A stretch of DNA of 64,000 nucleotides, taken from positions 1-64,000 of IMG/VR virus record IMGVR_UViG_3300020172_001405; one strand, written 5' to 3'. A model generated the notes under the pieces. The model was not told the origin of the DNA. It ran no database searches and saw only the letters and a program-made list of their open reading frames with translations. This DNA comes from a virus. Of the stretch, positions 1 to 8,822 are shown piece after piece. Position numbers and translations under genes: made by a program. How positions within the stretch are numbered: position 1 is the stretch's first letter; every line of letters begins with the position of its first letter.

Positions 1-871
1 CAGCAAGAACTGTCCAAGTACCGTTTACGCCATCTCCACCAGAAACGTCAGAAATCGTTACCTTGTTACCTGCAACAAAGCCGTGGCTTGCTGCTGTAAT
101 TGAGATAACTGCTGAACCTGCTGTACGAGCTGCTGCTGTAACAGACTTACCTACGTTCGATGCTGCTGAAGCTGTAGTAATGTTAGCTGCTTCGTAACCA
201 GCATCCTTAAGTGTGTCAAGGGCTACTGCTGTTGTGTTACCAATTACGTTAGGTACTACGATGTAACCAATTCCAGCACCATCTGCTGCAGAAAGGGCAG
301 TTGTTGATTCTACCTTACCGTACCACTGGCCTGTAATTTCACCTGCGTTAGCTGCGTTAGTTACTGTGAACTGTAGCTTGTTAGCTGTAGCAACAGTTGC
401 TGCTGAAAGGTTGTAAGCTGAAGCTGTAAGACCTGTAATGTTTACAACGTCTCCTGGTTGAAGTTGGTTTAGTGAGGTATATGTAACTGTTGTGCCGTTA
501 CCTGAAGCTGCTGTAACCTTGTAGTTACCTGCGCTAGGAATAAATCCTGGGAAACCTGACCACTCAGCTTCAATAGCGTCGTGATTAGCTAAAGCTGGGT
601 TTAGACGTGCAGAAGCAATTGTGCTCTTGTTTGTCCATTGAACGTTCTGGTCTCCACCGACTGTAAGTGTTGCAGTAGGAGTTCCATCGGCACGCTCATC
701 ATTTGGTAGAGGTGGGCGAGATCCCCATACAAAGTCAATCTGTAGGTTTCCTGCTGAGTCGGTAAGATTACCATTGTTGTTAAGTGTAGCTGCAGTTGCT
801 GCAATAGCTACGGATTCTGCTCCGGTAGCGTTATCAGACCCAACTGCTGCGGGTGAATTATAACTTGACAT
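1..871 (-). CDS. PASTA-like domain-containing, Ala/Thr-rich probable virion protein (3' end outside window)
   Basis: Read manually: MSSYNSPAAVGSDNATG...QIDFVWGSRPPLPNDER...YIVVPNVIGNTTAVALDTLKDAGY (PASTA-like VPNVxG..A...L..AG); open to window edge; absent from ORF track. Confidence 0.65.
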   Translation of the reverse strand, partial: MSSYNSPAAVGSDNATGAESVAIAATAATLNNNGNLTDSAGNLQIDFVWGSRPPLPNDERADGTPTATLTVGGDQNVQWTNKSTIASARLNPALANHDAIEAEWSGFPGFIPSAGNYKVTAASGNGTTVTYTSLNQLQPGDVVNITGLTASAYNLSAATVATANKLQFTVTNAANAGEITGQWYGKVESTTALSAADGAGIGYIVVPNVIGNTTAVALDTLKDAGYEAANITTASAASNVGKSVTAAARTAGSAVISITAASHGFVAGNKVTISDVSGGDGVNGTWTVLA

Positions 872-933
872 TATGTCCTTTTTCTCTAGAGGGATTTACA
901 GTGCCTGATCGGGGCACCTAGATTAAGTATCTC

Positions 934-1200
934 TTAGCAATCCCAGGCTCGTCTGGCTTTATTCAGACGACTATTTGGATCTTTAGCTGCCTTAGGAAAC
1001 ATCTTTGCTTGACCTGCTGATCTGGCACAGTATGACTTACGACGTGCAGCAGACTTCTTTGATTTAGCAGCTTCCGCTTTCTTTACAGGGGGCTTTAATG
1101 TTCCGCCTGTTTCACGCTTGTATGAAGCCCTACCGGCAGCATTTAAACCACCTTTTTCATTTTGCCCCTCTTTGCGAGTCCAGGCTGCTGATTTAGGCAT
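934..1200 (-). CDS. Small basic phage protein (DUF6321-like)
   Basis: AWTRKEGQNEKGGLNAAGRASY...RRKSYCARSAG...NSRLNKARRAWDC, recognised as a conserved phage family. Confidence 0.6.
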   Translation of the reverse strand: MPKSAAWTRKEGQNEKGGLNAAGRASYKRETGGTLKPPVKKAEAAKSKKSAARRKSYCARSAGQAKMFPKAAKDPNSRLNKARRAWDC

Positions 1201-1348
1201 ATGGGTCTATGTCCTCTTGTTTTTCTATCTTTCGTTTACTCTTTTTTATTTCTTTTCTTGAGTACGCCTCAAAAGAAGACCAGTCTATTTTACCGTCTTT
1301 TTTAGGTAGGTTATCTAGGTCGTCAAACATTCCTGGTTCTGGTTTCAT
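1193..1348 (-). CDS. Hypothetical 51-aa protein
   Basis: Manual ORF MKPEPGMFDDLDNLPKKDGK...; ATGA overlap with the upstream gene, fills the gap. Confidence 0.5.
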   Translation of the reverse strand: MKPEPGMFDDLDNLPKKDGKIDWSSFEAYSRKEIKKSKRKIEKQEDIDPYA

Positions 1349-1647
1349 CCTAAACCTACTTTCAATTCTTTAGCTCTACTTGCTAATCCTGCAACAGCTG
1401 CTCTGCCTCTACTAGCAGCTTTAGAACCAGCGCGTTTAACTCGTGCCTGTACTTCTGGGTCTTTAGCTGTTGCTATACCTTTGTTTACAACTTTTTCTAC
1501 GCCTTTTTTAATTAAAGGGGAAGCGGCGGTACCTATGATCGGATGGGCAGCAATTGCGGCTCCAGCAGCAATCGCACCAGCTTTTGCTCCAGGGTTATCA
1601 GCGCTAGCAACATCGCTTACTGTTTTTATTAATCTAGCTGCCTTCAT
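1345..1647 (-). CDS. Hypothetical Ala/Lys-rich protein
   Basis: ORF overlapping both neighbours. Confidence 0.6.
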   Translation of the reverse strand: MKAARLIKTVSDVASADNPGAKAGAIAAGAAIAAHPIIGTAASPLIKKGVEKVVNKGIATAKDPEVQARVKRAGSKAASRGRAAVAGLASRAKELKVGLG

Positions 1648-1934
1648 TTTTTTGTCGCCTTTTTTCCAGCTCTACGCTTGTTCTCTTTGCCTACGTTCTT
1701 GCTGTGAGACATCGCACGCAGGTTACCTTTTGAGTCATTCTTCTTATTGTTATCTTTGTGGTCAACGTCAGTATCTCTAGGTAGCTTTCCGTTTTTTGAT
1801 TCATAATCAGCACGGGCTTTATTCTTAGAGGTAGTAACCCACTTACCGCCTACCTTTTTCTTATAGACGTAGATAGGGCGACCGCCATTAGCGTCAGAGC
1901 CCTTGTAAGGACCAAACTTTTTTGTCTCAGCCAT
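1644..1934 (-). CDS. Small HNH endonuclease-like protein
   Basis: DVDHKDNNKKNDSKGNLRAMSHSKN HNH motif. Confidence 0.7.
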   Translation of the reverse strand: MAETKKFGPYKGSDANGGRPIYVYKKKVGGKWVTTSKNKARADYESKNGKLPRDTDVDHKDNNKKNDSKGNLRAMSHSKNVGKENKRRAGKKATKK

Positions 1935-2191
1935 TAAAAGAGTAGCCCCTGTTCACCGTGGTTATGCGTACCATCTTTACGAGCTACGTTACAGCCAGGC
2001 CCATCGCACGATAGGCGATCGTCTGGATGCAGTATCTTTTTGGAAATAAGTGCATTTTCGTACTTTTGTACATCAGCCATGCTTTTAAACCCACGAATTC
2101 CATAAGTCTGCCCAGCAACAAGCACGGTGTGCTCATTCCATGGGCGAGCCTCTTTAGAGCCCCTAGGTATATTAGCTGGATCTGGAAGCAT
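1934..2191 (-). CDS. Hypothetical protein
   Basis: Start reassigned to MLPDP just after the upstream stop. Confidence 0.55.
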   Translation of the reverse strand: MLPDPANIPRGSKEARPWNEHTVLVAGQTYGIRGFKSMADVQKYENALISKKILHPDDRLSCDGPGCNVARKDGTHNHGEQGLLF

Positions 2192-2192
2192 C

Positions 2193-4025
2193 TTATGAAG
2201 GCCTACGTGGGGACCTAACAGAAGTAAAGCCTGCTTTTTTGTATACAACAGGTGTTGCATCTGCATTTTCAGCTACTGCAACAGATCCGCCACTTCCCTT
2301 AGGAGGAACAAAGCCTTTAGTCTTTGGTGCTTTTGAAACTTTTTTAACTCCCCTACCAACTTTTTTGTAATCAAAAGTTTCTCCTTGAGCGGTATTAACT
2401 GTAAGAGCCCCATACTTCATTACATCGCTAATGTGTGAGTCTGTAAGTGGGTGACTACCGCGTTTACGGGAAGTACTCTTTTGAGTTGGGCTTTCCTCAG
2501 AGTAGTTAGCAATTTGTATCTTTTCGTACTCGTGATGGGCAAGACTTCCCTCAGGGCCTCCTGTAGGAGTTGTTACATCAACTGTTCTATTTTCAAGACG
2601 CTTACGACGACGTGCACGAACAGATCCACTTTTACGTGAGGTTGAGGGTGCATACGGACGCTTAGGATCTCCAGTAGGTGTCCAGTGAGTAAGTTTACCC
2701 TCACCACGAATATTAGAGATAATTTTATCTCTGTACTCTTTCATGCCACCAGGTACTTTATCTTTTACATATCTTTGAATTAATGATGCTGGATGACCTA
2801 AGTGATTAGATAATTCATGCGCCATAGCTGCATCGCTGCCTACGTACTTATCAGTAGTAGGCACTAAACGATCTGCAGCGTAATCAGCACTAATGTGCAT
2901 AGCATCAGTCTCTGTAATATGGCCAGCTTTTAATGCCGCTTCTGTATCTGCCTTAGAACCTTGTATACCAAGATTTATAGGATTTTGAACTTTAATTGTA
3001 GGCTCTGTTCGCAAATCTTCAGCTTGCGCTTTTGTTATTTTTCTAGACTTTAGTGCTGCTGCAATATCGTCTGGCTTAGCAGCTTTACTAGTACTAGTTC
3101 CCGCTCTCTTCATTGCTTCAGCAATTTGTCGTGTTTGTATGTTAGAAGACACATTTTGCACGTCAGACTCACGAGCTTTCATTGCATAATAGATATGACG
3201 TTCAGATGCAGTTGTTGGAATTGTTGAGTCAGGATTAGCAGTCTTACCATCGCCCTGGTATGCGCCGTCAGCTCTTTCTTGAGAAGTAGGTATTTGAGCA
3301 GAAGTTAATTTATCAAACTTAGCTGCTCCCCGTTTACGAGCACTTCTTGTGGTAGGTGTTGTGGTTGTAAGTGCTGAAGAAGGCAAAGCACGACGATTAG
3401 ATCTTGATCTTCCTGCGGTTACTGCACCACGTCGGCCTTTAGCAGCTCTACGATCTGCTGAAATTTCATTACGGTCACGGAGCTCAATTAAATCTCCAGA
3501 TCCTGCTGAATCTGGTGCGCCTACTGAACCCCGGCCCTTACGTGTCTTACGTACCGTTACTAGTCGTCCAGGTGCGGTAGAAACTACAGGCGCTGGTGCG
3601 GAACCTGCCCCTGTTCCCGAAACAGGAACACTTGCTTCAGCAACTCCGGCAGCTAATGCTCCAGGATTGGAAGGTTGGCGCATAACAACAGTCTGTGCTC
3701 CAGGTAGTTCTTTAATTTGAGAAGCTCTGCGTTTACGTCCTGCTTGACGTGCCCTAGTTTGATCCGCAGTTTCTTCAGTAACAACTGTCTTTTTTCCACG
3801 AGTAGTTTTAGTTACGCGGGGAACTGGACCAATCTCATCTATTTGCTGTGCGGCAAAAGTATCTTGTGCGTTAGCACGTGCCTCATCCACAGCTTTAGTC
3901 GAAGAAGGTTTAGATACTCCACCTTCATTAACCATACGCACTCCGCCCTTGTGAGCTTTGCGGTCAGCTTTTACAGCTACGCGATTAGGTCTAGGAGCAA
4001 CTTTACGACTTTTATTCTTTGCCAT
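2193..4025 (-). CDS. Large basic, low-complexity protein (possible internal virion or DNA-binding protein)
   Basis: 610 aa, K/R/A/T-rich, TAATG-coupled to upstream gene. Confidence 0.7.
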   Translation of the reverse strand: MAKNKSRKVAPRPNRVAVKADRKAHKGGVRMVNEGGVSKPSSTKAVDEARANAQDTFAAQQIDEIGPVPRVTKTTRGKKTVVTEETADQTRARQAGRKRRASQIKELPGAQTVVMRQPSNPGALAAGVAEASVPVSGTGAGSAPAPVVSTAPGRLVTVRKTRKGRGSVGAPDSAGSGDLIELRDRNEISADRRAAKGRRGAVTAGRSRSNRRALPSSALTTTTPTTRSARKRGAAKFDKLTSAQIPTSQERADGAYQGDGKTANPDSTIPTTASERHIYYAMKARESDVQNVSSNIQTRQIAEAMKRAGTSTSKAAKPDDIAAALKSRKITKAQAEDLRTEPTIKVQNPINLGIQGSKADTEAALKAGHITETDAMHISADYAADRLVPTTDKYVGSDAAMAHELSNHLGHPASLIQRYVKDKVPGGMKEYRDKIISNIRGEGKLTHWTPTGDPKRPYAPSTSRKSGSVRARRRKRLENRTVDVTTPTGGPEGSLAHHEYEKIQIANYSEESPTQKSTSRKRGSHPLTDSHISDVMKYGALTVNTAQGETFDYKKVGRGVKKVSKAPKTKGFVPPKGSGGSVAVAENADATPVVYKKAGFTSVRSPRRPS

Positions 4026-4798
4026 TATTTCGTATTTCCGTTCCCTTTGGGGGCAGTAAAAAATGTTTGCCGAGCTTCGTTTGCTAGATCTGGATCTTCT
4101 TTATACGGATCTGCTTTTTTGCGTCTCTTTGCAGTTGGTGTTGCAGTTGGTGTTGCGGTTTGTGTTGCGCCACCACCGCCACCTGGAGGTGGAGGAGTAG
4201 GAGGCTTAGGTGGTTTTGGAGTTCGCTTGCGTCTACCGCTTGGAGTAAATTGAGCTAAATAACTTTCTTGATTTCCACCCGCAGTTACGTGTGCACCAAA
4301 GTCTGCACTTAGTTTAGGACTAACACCTGCTTCGTCACCAAACTCGCCACCGGTTGCTTGTTCAAAATCAATGTTTCCAGATTTAACTGCGCCAACAGTT
4401 GCAGCAATTGTGCCACCTTTACCTTTAGAGCGCGTGCTTGTTCCTCTTGGTTTTGGAGGCGTACCTGGAGTATCTTTGTTAGGGTCTGGTTTTTTTGGGT
4501 CATAGCCAGATTTGTAACGAAGACCGAATCCTTGTTCAAAACCACTTCCAGCTTCACGACGGCGATCTATATCATTTAACAAATCTGTTTGGTACTCACG
4601 TGTATTATCTTTACGAGTCTTGTCCCCAGCAGTACGAATAATCTCTCGATGATATTCCATTGCAAGTTGATTTTGATTTCTTAAAGTTTGAGTGAAAGCA
4701 CCAGTAACCATAGCACCAAGTTTTGACATAAATCCGCCACCACCGCTTGTAGATTGCGGTACAATGCGACCTTGTCCTTGTGGTTGATCAAGATTCAT
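4025..4798 (-). CDS. Hypothetical Pro/Gly/Lys-rich protein
   Basis: 257-aa ORF in operon. Confidence 0.7.
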   Translation of the reverse strand: MNLDQPQGQGRIVPQSTSGGGGFMSKLGAMVTGAFTQTLRNQNQLAMEYHREIIRTAGDKTRKDNTREYQTDLLNDIDRRREAGSGFEQGFGLRYKSGYDPKKPDPNKDTPGTPPKPRGTSTRSKGKGGTIAATVGAVKSGNIDFEQATGGEFGDEAGVSPKLSADFGAHVTAGGNQESYLAQFTPSGRRKRTPKPPKPPTPPPPGGGGGATQTATPTATPTAKRRKKADPYKEDPDLANEARQTFFTAPKGNGNTK

Positions 4799-4802
4799 AA
4801 TA

Positions 4803-5012
4803 TTATATTCCTGTCTCGACTAGGGGAGTTGATACTGCGCCCTTATCGTCTAGTGCCTTAGAAAGTTTATTGTAGTGATGTAAGCAGAAATATAAAGTGC
4901 CAAAGCCAAAAGAAGATTGGACTAGGGCCCTTACTCCGCAAGAATCACACTGTTGCCCCTGCTGAGGCGTCTCCTCCAGCTGCTGCTTCTCCGGTGCCTG
5001 TACCTGCGTCAT
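4803..5012 (-). CDS. Small zinc-binding protein (CDxC...LYFCxHH, actinobacterial type)
   Basis: CDSCGVRALV...LYFCLHH motif; start reassigned to MTQVQ. Confidence 0.6.
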   Translation of the reverse strand: MTQVQAPEKQQLEETPQQGQQCDSCGVRALVQSSFGFGTLYFCLHHYNKLSKALDDKGAVSTPLVETGI

Positions 5013-5199
5013 CCGTATCCTTTCCAAAATCATTCTGGGCAGTTTGGTTTTGTCCGCCCGGGGTTCCGTAAGGGGCCATCATGCTACCTCCGCCGTACCA
5101 TAAATAATAATAGGGTAAAACATATGAGGGTAGGTTAACTCCGCTTGCCGTATAGTTGCGCGGTCCTGGAGCAGCCAACTGATGTTTCTTTTTATGCAT
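4945..5199 (-). CDS. Hypothetical protein, Gly/Ala-rich C-terminus
   Basis: ORF track; overlaps next gene. Confidence 0.5.
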   Translation of the reverse strand: MHKKKHQLAAPGPRNYTASGVNLPSYVLPYYYLWYGGGSMMAPYGTPGGQNQTAQNDFGKDTDDAGTGTGEAAAGGDASAGATV

Positions 5200-5259
5200 G
5201 ACTAATACTCTCAGAATATGAAATATTAATACTAGTCAAAACCGGCGGGAATTGTGTAT

Positions 5260-5826
5260 CTACGCCTCTTGTATATATGTGTGGATCTCTCCGCCTGAAT
5301 AGATGTCGTGCTTTATAGAGATTTCAATTGCACGTTGCAAAGCCTTTTCGGCGGCCTGGGGTGTACTGATCTTTGAGTAGTTAAGGGCCTCGAGGGCTCC
5401 GAGTGCAATGTCTCCACCACTACCAGCGTAGTAGACTCGACGGGCTTCTCTATCCCAAGAGTAATCATTAAAGATCGGGTAGATAGTTCCTCTTACAGAT
5501 ACAATGAGGTTAGAGTCTTGGAATGCTGCATCGCCATCTTCTTTACCTTCATAACCTGCTTCTTGAAAAGCTTTACGCATGCTAGGTATAAACTTCTTAG
5601 TCATGAATGTATCTAGATCTTCTCCTAAACGTGGCTTAGGAGGTTTCCAACCAAACTGTGTAATGTTTCCACCGCGGGATGCTCCGGAGACTGCAATGAG
5701 TACTCCGTTGTTGTTGACAACCTTAGATGTAGCAAGTTCCATGTAACGTCCGTCTTCATCGGATGCACGAGAGTCGCAACCAATTACTGACCAACCGTCT
5801 CCTTGTATTGCTACAAGTGTTGTCAT
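5260..5826 (-). CDS. Proteasome beta-subunit/HslV-like threonine peptidase (Ntn hydrolase)
   Basis: N-terminal MTT nucleophile, GCDSR, K33-equivalent (TSKVV), SG, AGSGG, HDIYSGG. Confidence 0.85.
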   Translation of the reverse strand: MTTLVAIQGDGWSVIGCDSRASDEDGRYMELATSKVVNNNGVLIAVSGASRGGNITQFGWKPPKPRLGEDLDTFMTKKFIPSMRKAFQEAGYEGKEDGDAAFQDSNLIVSVRGTIYPIFNDYSWDREARRVYYAGSGGDIALGALEALNYSKISTPQAAEKALQRAIEISIKHDIYSGGEIHTYIQEA

Positions 5827-6008
5827 TGAGATCCTTTCTTAGATCTATATTTTAGCAGAATAGCTCTAAGCGCTTTACGAAATGGTCCTATCTCAAACAT
5901 GTACGGATGAGTGTGAGAGTCATCATGTTTATGATGTTCTTTATGTGCACTAATACCGTTATTAATAAAGTAAGGGCCACCATGTCTTGAGAAGTGATTT
6001 CTTCCCAT
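5823..6008 (-). CDS. Small His-rich hypothetical protein
   Basis: ATGA overlap with peptidase; AGGAG SD upstream. Confidence 0.5.
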   Translation of the reverse strand: MGRNHFSRHGGPYFINNGISAHKEHHKHDDSHTHPYMFEIGPFRKALRAILLKYRSKKGSQ

Positions 6009-6130
6009 TTAAGAAACTCCCTTAAAGTTGTAGATGCCCGTCGCGTACTGCTGCCCAAGAGACTAACAGAAGGACTTATTAGCAAGTACCACGGGCTTTC
6101 AGCATATCCCATGCTGAAGGTAAGCTTAGT

Positions 6131-6691
6131 CTACCGTAGATCGTCCTTTAATTTAGTACGTGTGATGCTTGATCCCTCGTCCCACTGGTGAGGGCGTTTC
6201 CAGTCTTTATCCTCAGGAAACTTCTTTATAGGCTTCTTGACCGTTATTGTAGGTGTATCGCCCTTAATGGTGATCTTCTTGACTCTTTGCTCCTCAGGAA
6301 GCTCCCTGGAGAGTGATACCATCAAGATACCATTCTTGAACTCTGCCCCATCTACAACCACATACTCTGCCAATGCGAAGGTCTGCTTGAATGCCCGTCC
6401 ACCGATTCCTCGATGTAGGAACTCACGATCAGTCTCTTCCCCACGATTACCCTCGATTACTAGAGTTGATGGTGGTTGGACCTCGACTGTTATGTCTTTT
6501 AGTGTAAATCCAGCTAGAGCGACCTCAATTTTAAAATTATCTTCATTTACCTTGATAATGTTATATGGAGGATAGCTAGTAGTTCTTCCGCTCATATTTT
6601 CTAACATATCCATTTGTCGATCAAAACCGACCATCCATGCCCTAAATGGGAATAGATCCTTGTTACTACCTGTATTTCCGGCAGCCATCAT
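6131..6691 (-). CDS. hsp20: Small heat-shock protein Hsp20 (IbpA-like)
   Basis: YPPYNIIK, IEVALAGF, FLHRGIGGRAFKQTFALAEYVVVDGAEFKNGIL; start reassigned using SD AAGGAG. Confidence 0.93.
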   Translation of the reverse strand: MMAAGNTGSNKDLFPFRAWMVGFDRQMDMLENMSGRTTSYPPYNIIKVNEDNFKIEVALAGFTLKDITVEVQPPSTLVIEGNRGEETDREFLHRGIGGRAFKQTFALAEYVVVDGAEFKNGILMVSLSRELPEEQRVKKITIKGDTPTITVKKPIKKFPEDKDWKRPHQWDEGSSITRTKLKDDLR

Positions 6692-6747
6692 TGTATTTCT
6701 CCTTAGTTTCAGCGAGTTAAAAGCACTCCCAATCGGCAAGTGCCCTC
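6692..6747 (-). promoter_or_regulatory. ROSE-like RNA thermometer in hsp20 5' UTR
   Basis: GCACUU/GAGUGC hairpin followed by CUCGCU-GAAACUA-AGGAG; U(U/C)GCU can pair with the SD. Confidence 0.65.
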
Positions 6748-6749
6748 AA

Positions 6750-6758
6750 AGTGTAGCA
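6750..6758 (-). promoter_or_regulatory. Extended -10 promoter (TGnTACACT) for hsp20
   Basis: TGCTACACT directly upstream of the leader hairpin. Confidence 0.5.
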
Positions 6759-7158
6759 GCCACTGCCAAAGATTTTGTAATCTAAGTATTCCCCGATTTT
6801 TCCTCCCCAAATAACGAATTGTGACATGCGTGACACTTACCAGGCCACTGCCTAGCTCAATGTGGTCTTGGTAGTCAATCTCATCTGGCGGCCAACTGAG
6901 GCGAAAAGGCTTAAAGGTGCGGGGGGGTCAAAAGAAGCACTGAACTGAAATTAGTTAAAATTATGGTGAGAGCGAGTGCTCGTGGCACTCGTAAGAAATG
7001 AGTAGGGCGGTAGCCTGTCTGTTAGACAGTCTATCGCCTTTTTTCGTGCCTTCTTCGTGATGTGGATAGGGCAGGGTCAAACCTGCCCTATTCGCCATTG
7101 CCTATAACAATGGGCAAGTCGGGAGATAACTGTCTCCCGTGTAACGAAAGGAAACCAA

Positions 7159-7707
7159 ATGACTACTCAGTCATTGTTCGACCAGTCCGTAGTGGCTGCT
7201 GCTAATGTCCGTGGTGCTCGTGGCGAGGAGCGTGAAATTGAGCGCCTTGCTAATGAGGCTATTGCCAATGGGTGGGGTGCTCCTATCCCTGCCAGTATCT
7301 ACAGCGACCTCGCTGTAGTTGCCAAGAAGGATGGAACCGAAGTGGTGGAAGTATCACCCCTTCAGTTTGCCCACGCCTTCTACTTGGTTCGTACCTACGG
7401 GTACAAGCCTCGTGACGCCCGCCGTATCGCCAAGCGATTCGGTATGGAGTTGGATGGTGTGTATACATCCGACACAGCACAGGTGGTTCGTGCCATCACC
7501 GCTATGGAAGAGCAATTCGTTGACGATAAGGAATCAGTCCTTATCCCAACCAGCATTGCTGCTATCAAGTCCCGTGTCGCTACGCTTAAGAAGCGTATGA
7601 AAGACGGGGCTGTATCGGATGCCGACCTTCAACAGTTGGCATCTATAAGCGAAGAGATCCGTGATCTCTCCGTTGCCACCACCCCATCACTGGTGGTAAG
7701 CGCGTAA
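7159..7707 (+). CDS. Hypothetical protein, first gene of plus-strand block
   Basis: SD AAGGA, 182 aa, flanked by hairpin arrays. Confidence 0.75.
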   Translation: MTTQSLFDQSVVAAANVRGARGEEREIERLANEAIANGWGAPIPASIYSDLAVVAKKDGTEVVEVSPLQFAHAFYLVRTYGYKPRDARRIAKRFGMELDGVYTSDTAQVVRAITAMEEQFVDDKESVLIPTSIAAIKSRVATLKKRMKDGAVSDADLQQLASISEEIRDLSVATTPSLVVSA

Positions 7708-8077
7708 TACTCTAGGCTACTGCCCCCCTAGCCGTACAGCCTGCGTCAGTCCGACCAGGTTATCGGCTAGGGGGTGTGGCTGTTATCAGGGTATTAGGGG
7801 AAGTCAAGGGCTTAGCCAATAGTCCTTGGCCTCTCAACTCTACACGGTACAACCTTCCCCGTACCGTGTGGGGCTGAGGGGTTCATACCCCTACATCTGA
7901 AGATACGGCGATACCTGTGGGAATCAGGAGACTGTTAGGCAATCCCGAAGTACACCCTAACCGCTAATGGCACGAAGATAACTACTCTGTTCTGCCTTCC
8001 ACAATGGGGGGTGGGTATGCCTATGTGTACCAACACAAACCGTATGCCTGCCCCCCATTTCTCCACCCAGTTAGTCC

Positions 8078-8180
8078 GTGAAAGGCGCATCTGTTCGTCT
8101 ATAGGGAGGGTCCTTATAGGTATTGAGTGCTTTCAGCAGGTGCGCCTCTCACTCTCTACCTGAGAGTATTAACTAGGAGG
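8078..8180 (+). promoter_or_regulatory. Structured leader motif, copy 1
   Basis: GTGA-A-11-bp stem...C-TCAC, 6-bp hairpin, then AWTAACTAGGAGG; covaries with copy 2. Confidence 0.7.
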
Positions 8181-8185
8181 TTGCT

Positions 8186-8413
8186 ATGTCAGCAAAAACA
8201 AACGCCATCACAACAGACCTCACAATAGAGGTTATCAAGAAGTTACTGTCGTTAGAGGCTGCTGGACTCGCATCCAGTATCCTCTGGCAAGGCGAGAAGC
8301 CTTGCTCTCAATGCGGTAGCAAGTTGCACAGCAAGTATGAGCGTAATGCTGCTGCTTGGGTATGCGCGGGCTGTTACAACGAGTTCGCCTTAGAGATGGG
8401 ATGGGAAAAGTAA
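8186..8413 (+). CDS. Small CxxC...CxxC zinc-finger protein
   Basis: CSQC...CAGC; SD AGGAGG. Confidence 0.7.
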   Translation: MSAKTNAITTDLTIEVIKKLLSLEAAGLASSILWQGEKPCSQCGSKLHSKYERNAAAWVCAGCYNEFALEMGWEK

Positions 8414-8622
8414 TGGGAGCACCAGCTTGGTTCAAATTCAGGTGCGGTAACTGTAGCGCACCGAATGTAATGACCTACGCAACTACACCTCGTATCAACG
8501 AGGATCGCGTAGAGAAGGTATCTGATAACGGAGGCATCCGTGTATGGCGTTGCCGTTGTACAGAGTGCGGACATTCCACTATGTTCAATGAGCACATAGA
8601 TGGGAGAAAGGAAGCAGTATGA
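8413..8622 (+). CDS. Small zinc-ribbon protein
   Basis: CGNC...CTEC; TAATG coupling. Confidence 0.65.
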   Translation: MGAPAWFKFRCGNCSAPNVMTYATTPRINEDRVEKVSDNGGIRVWRCRCTECGHSTMFNEHIDGRKEAV

Positions 8623-8822
8623 ACTGTGTCCTCTGTGGTGCGCCAGTAGCACCAGACAGATGGGAGATAGGTAGAGATAAATGCCCACCGTGTGGCAGTA
8701 ACCTAGCCAACGAAGAAGTTGCCCAAGACTTTAGGCTTGTTCTTAATCCCAAGCAAGGCTTTGGCATTGTATACAAAGATTCCCCCGATCTTCTTAACGG
8801 GAAGTCATCAGGCAGACAGTGA
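8619..8822 (+). CDS. DksA/TraR-like C4 zinc-finger mini protein
   Basis: CVLCGAPVAPDRWEIGRDKCPPC resembles CxxCGxxIxxxRL...CxxC. Confidence 0.55.
   Translation: MNCVLCGAPVAPDRWEIGRDKCPPCGSNLANEEVAQDFRLVLNPKQGFGIVYKDSPDLLNGKSSGRQ

Noticed and set aside
6720-6746. CIRCE-like inverted repeat (AGCACTC-N9-AAGTGC) before hsp20
   Set aside because: Only 7/9 and 5/9 arm matches, and better explained as the first hairpin of the ROSE-like leader; a dual role cannot be excluded
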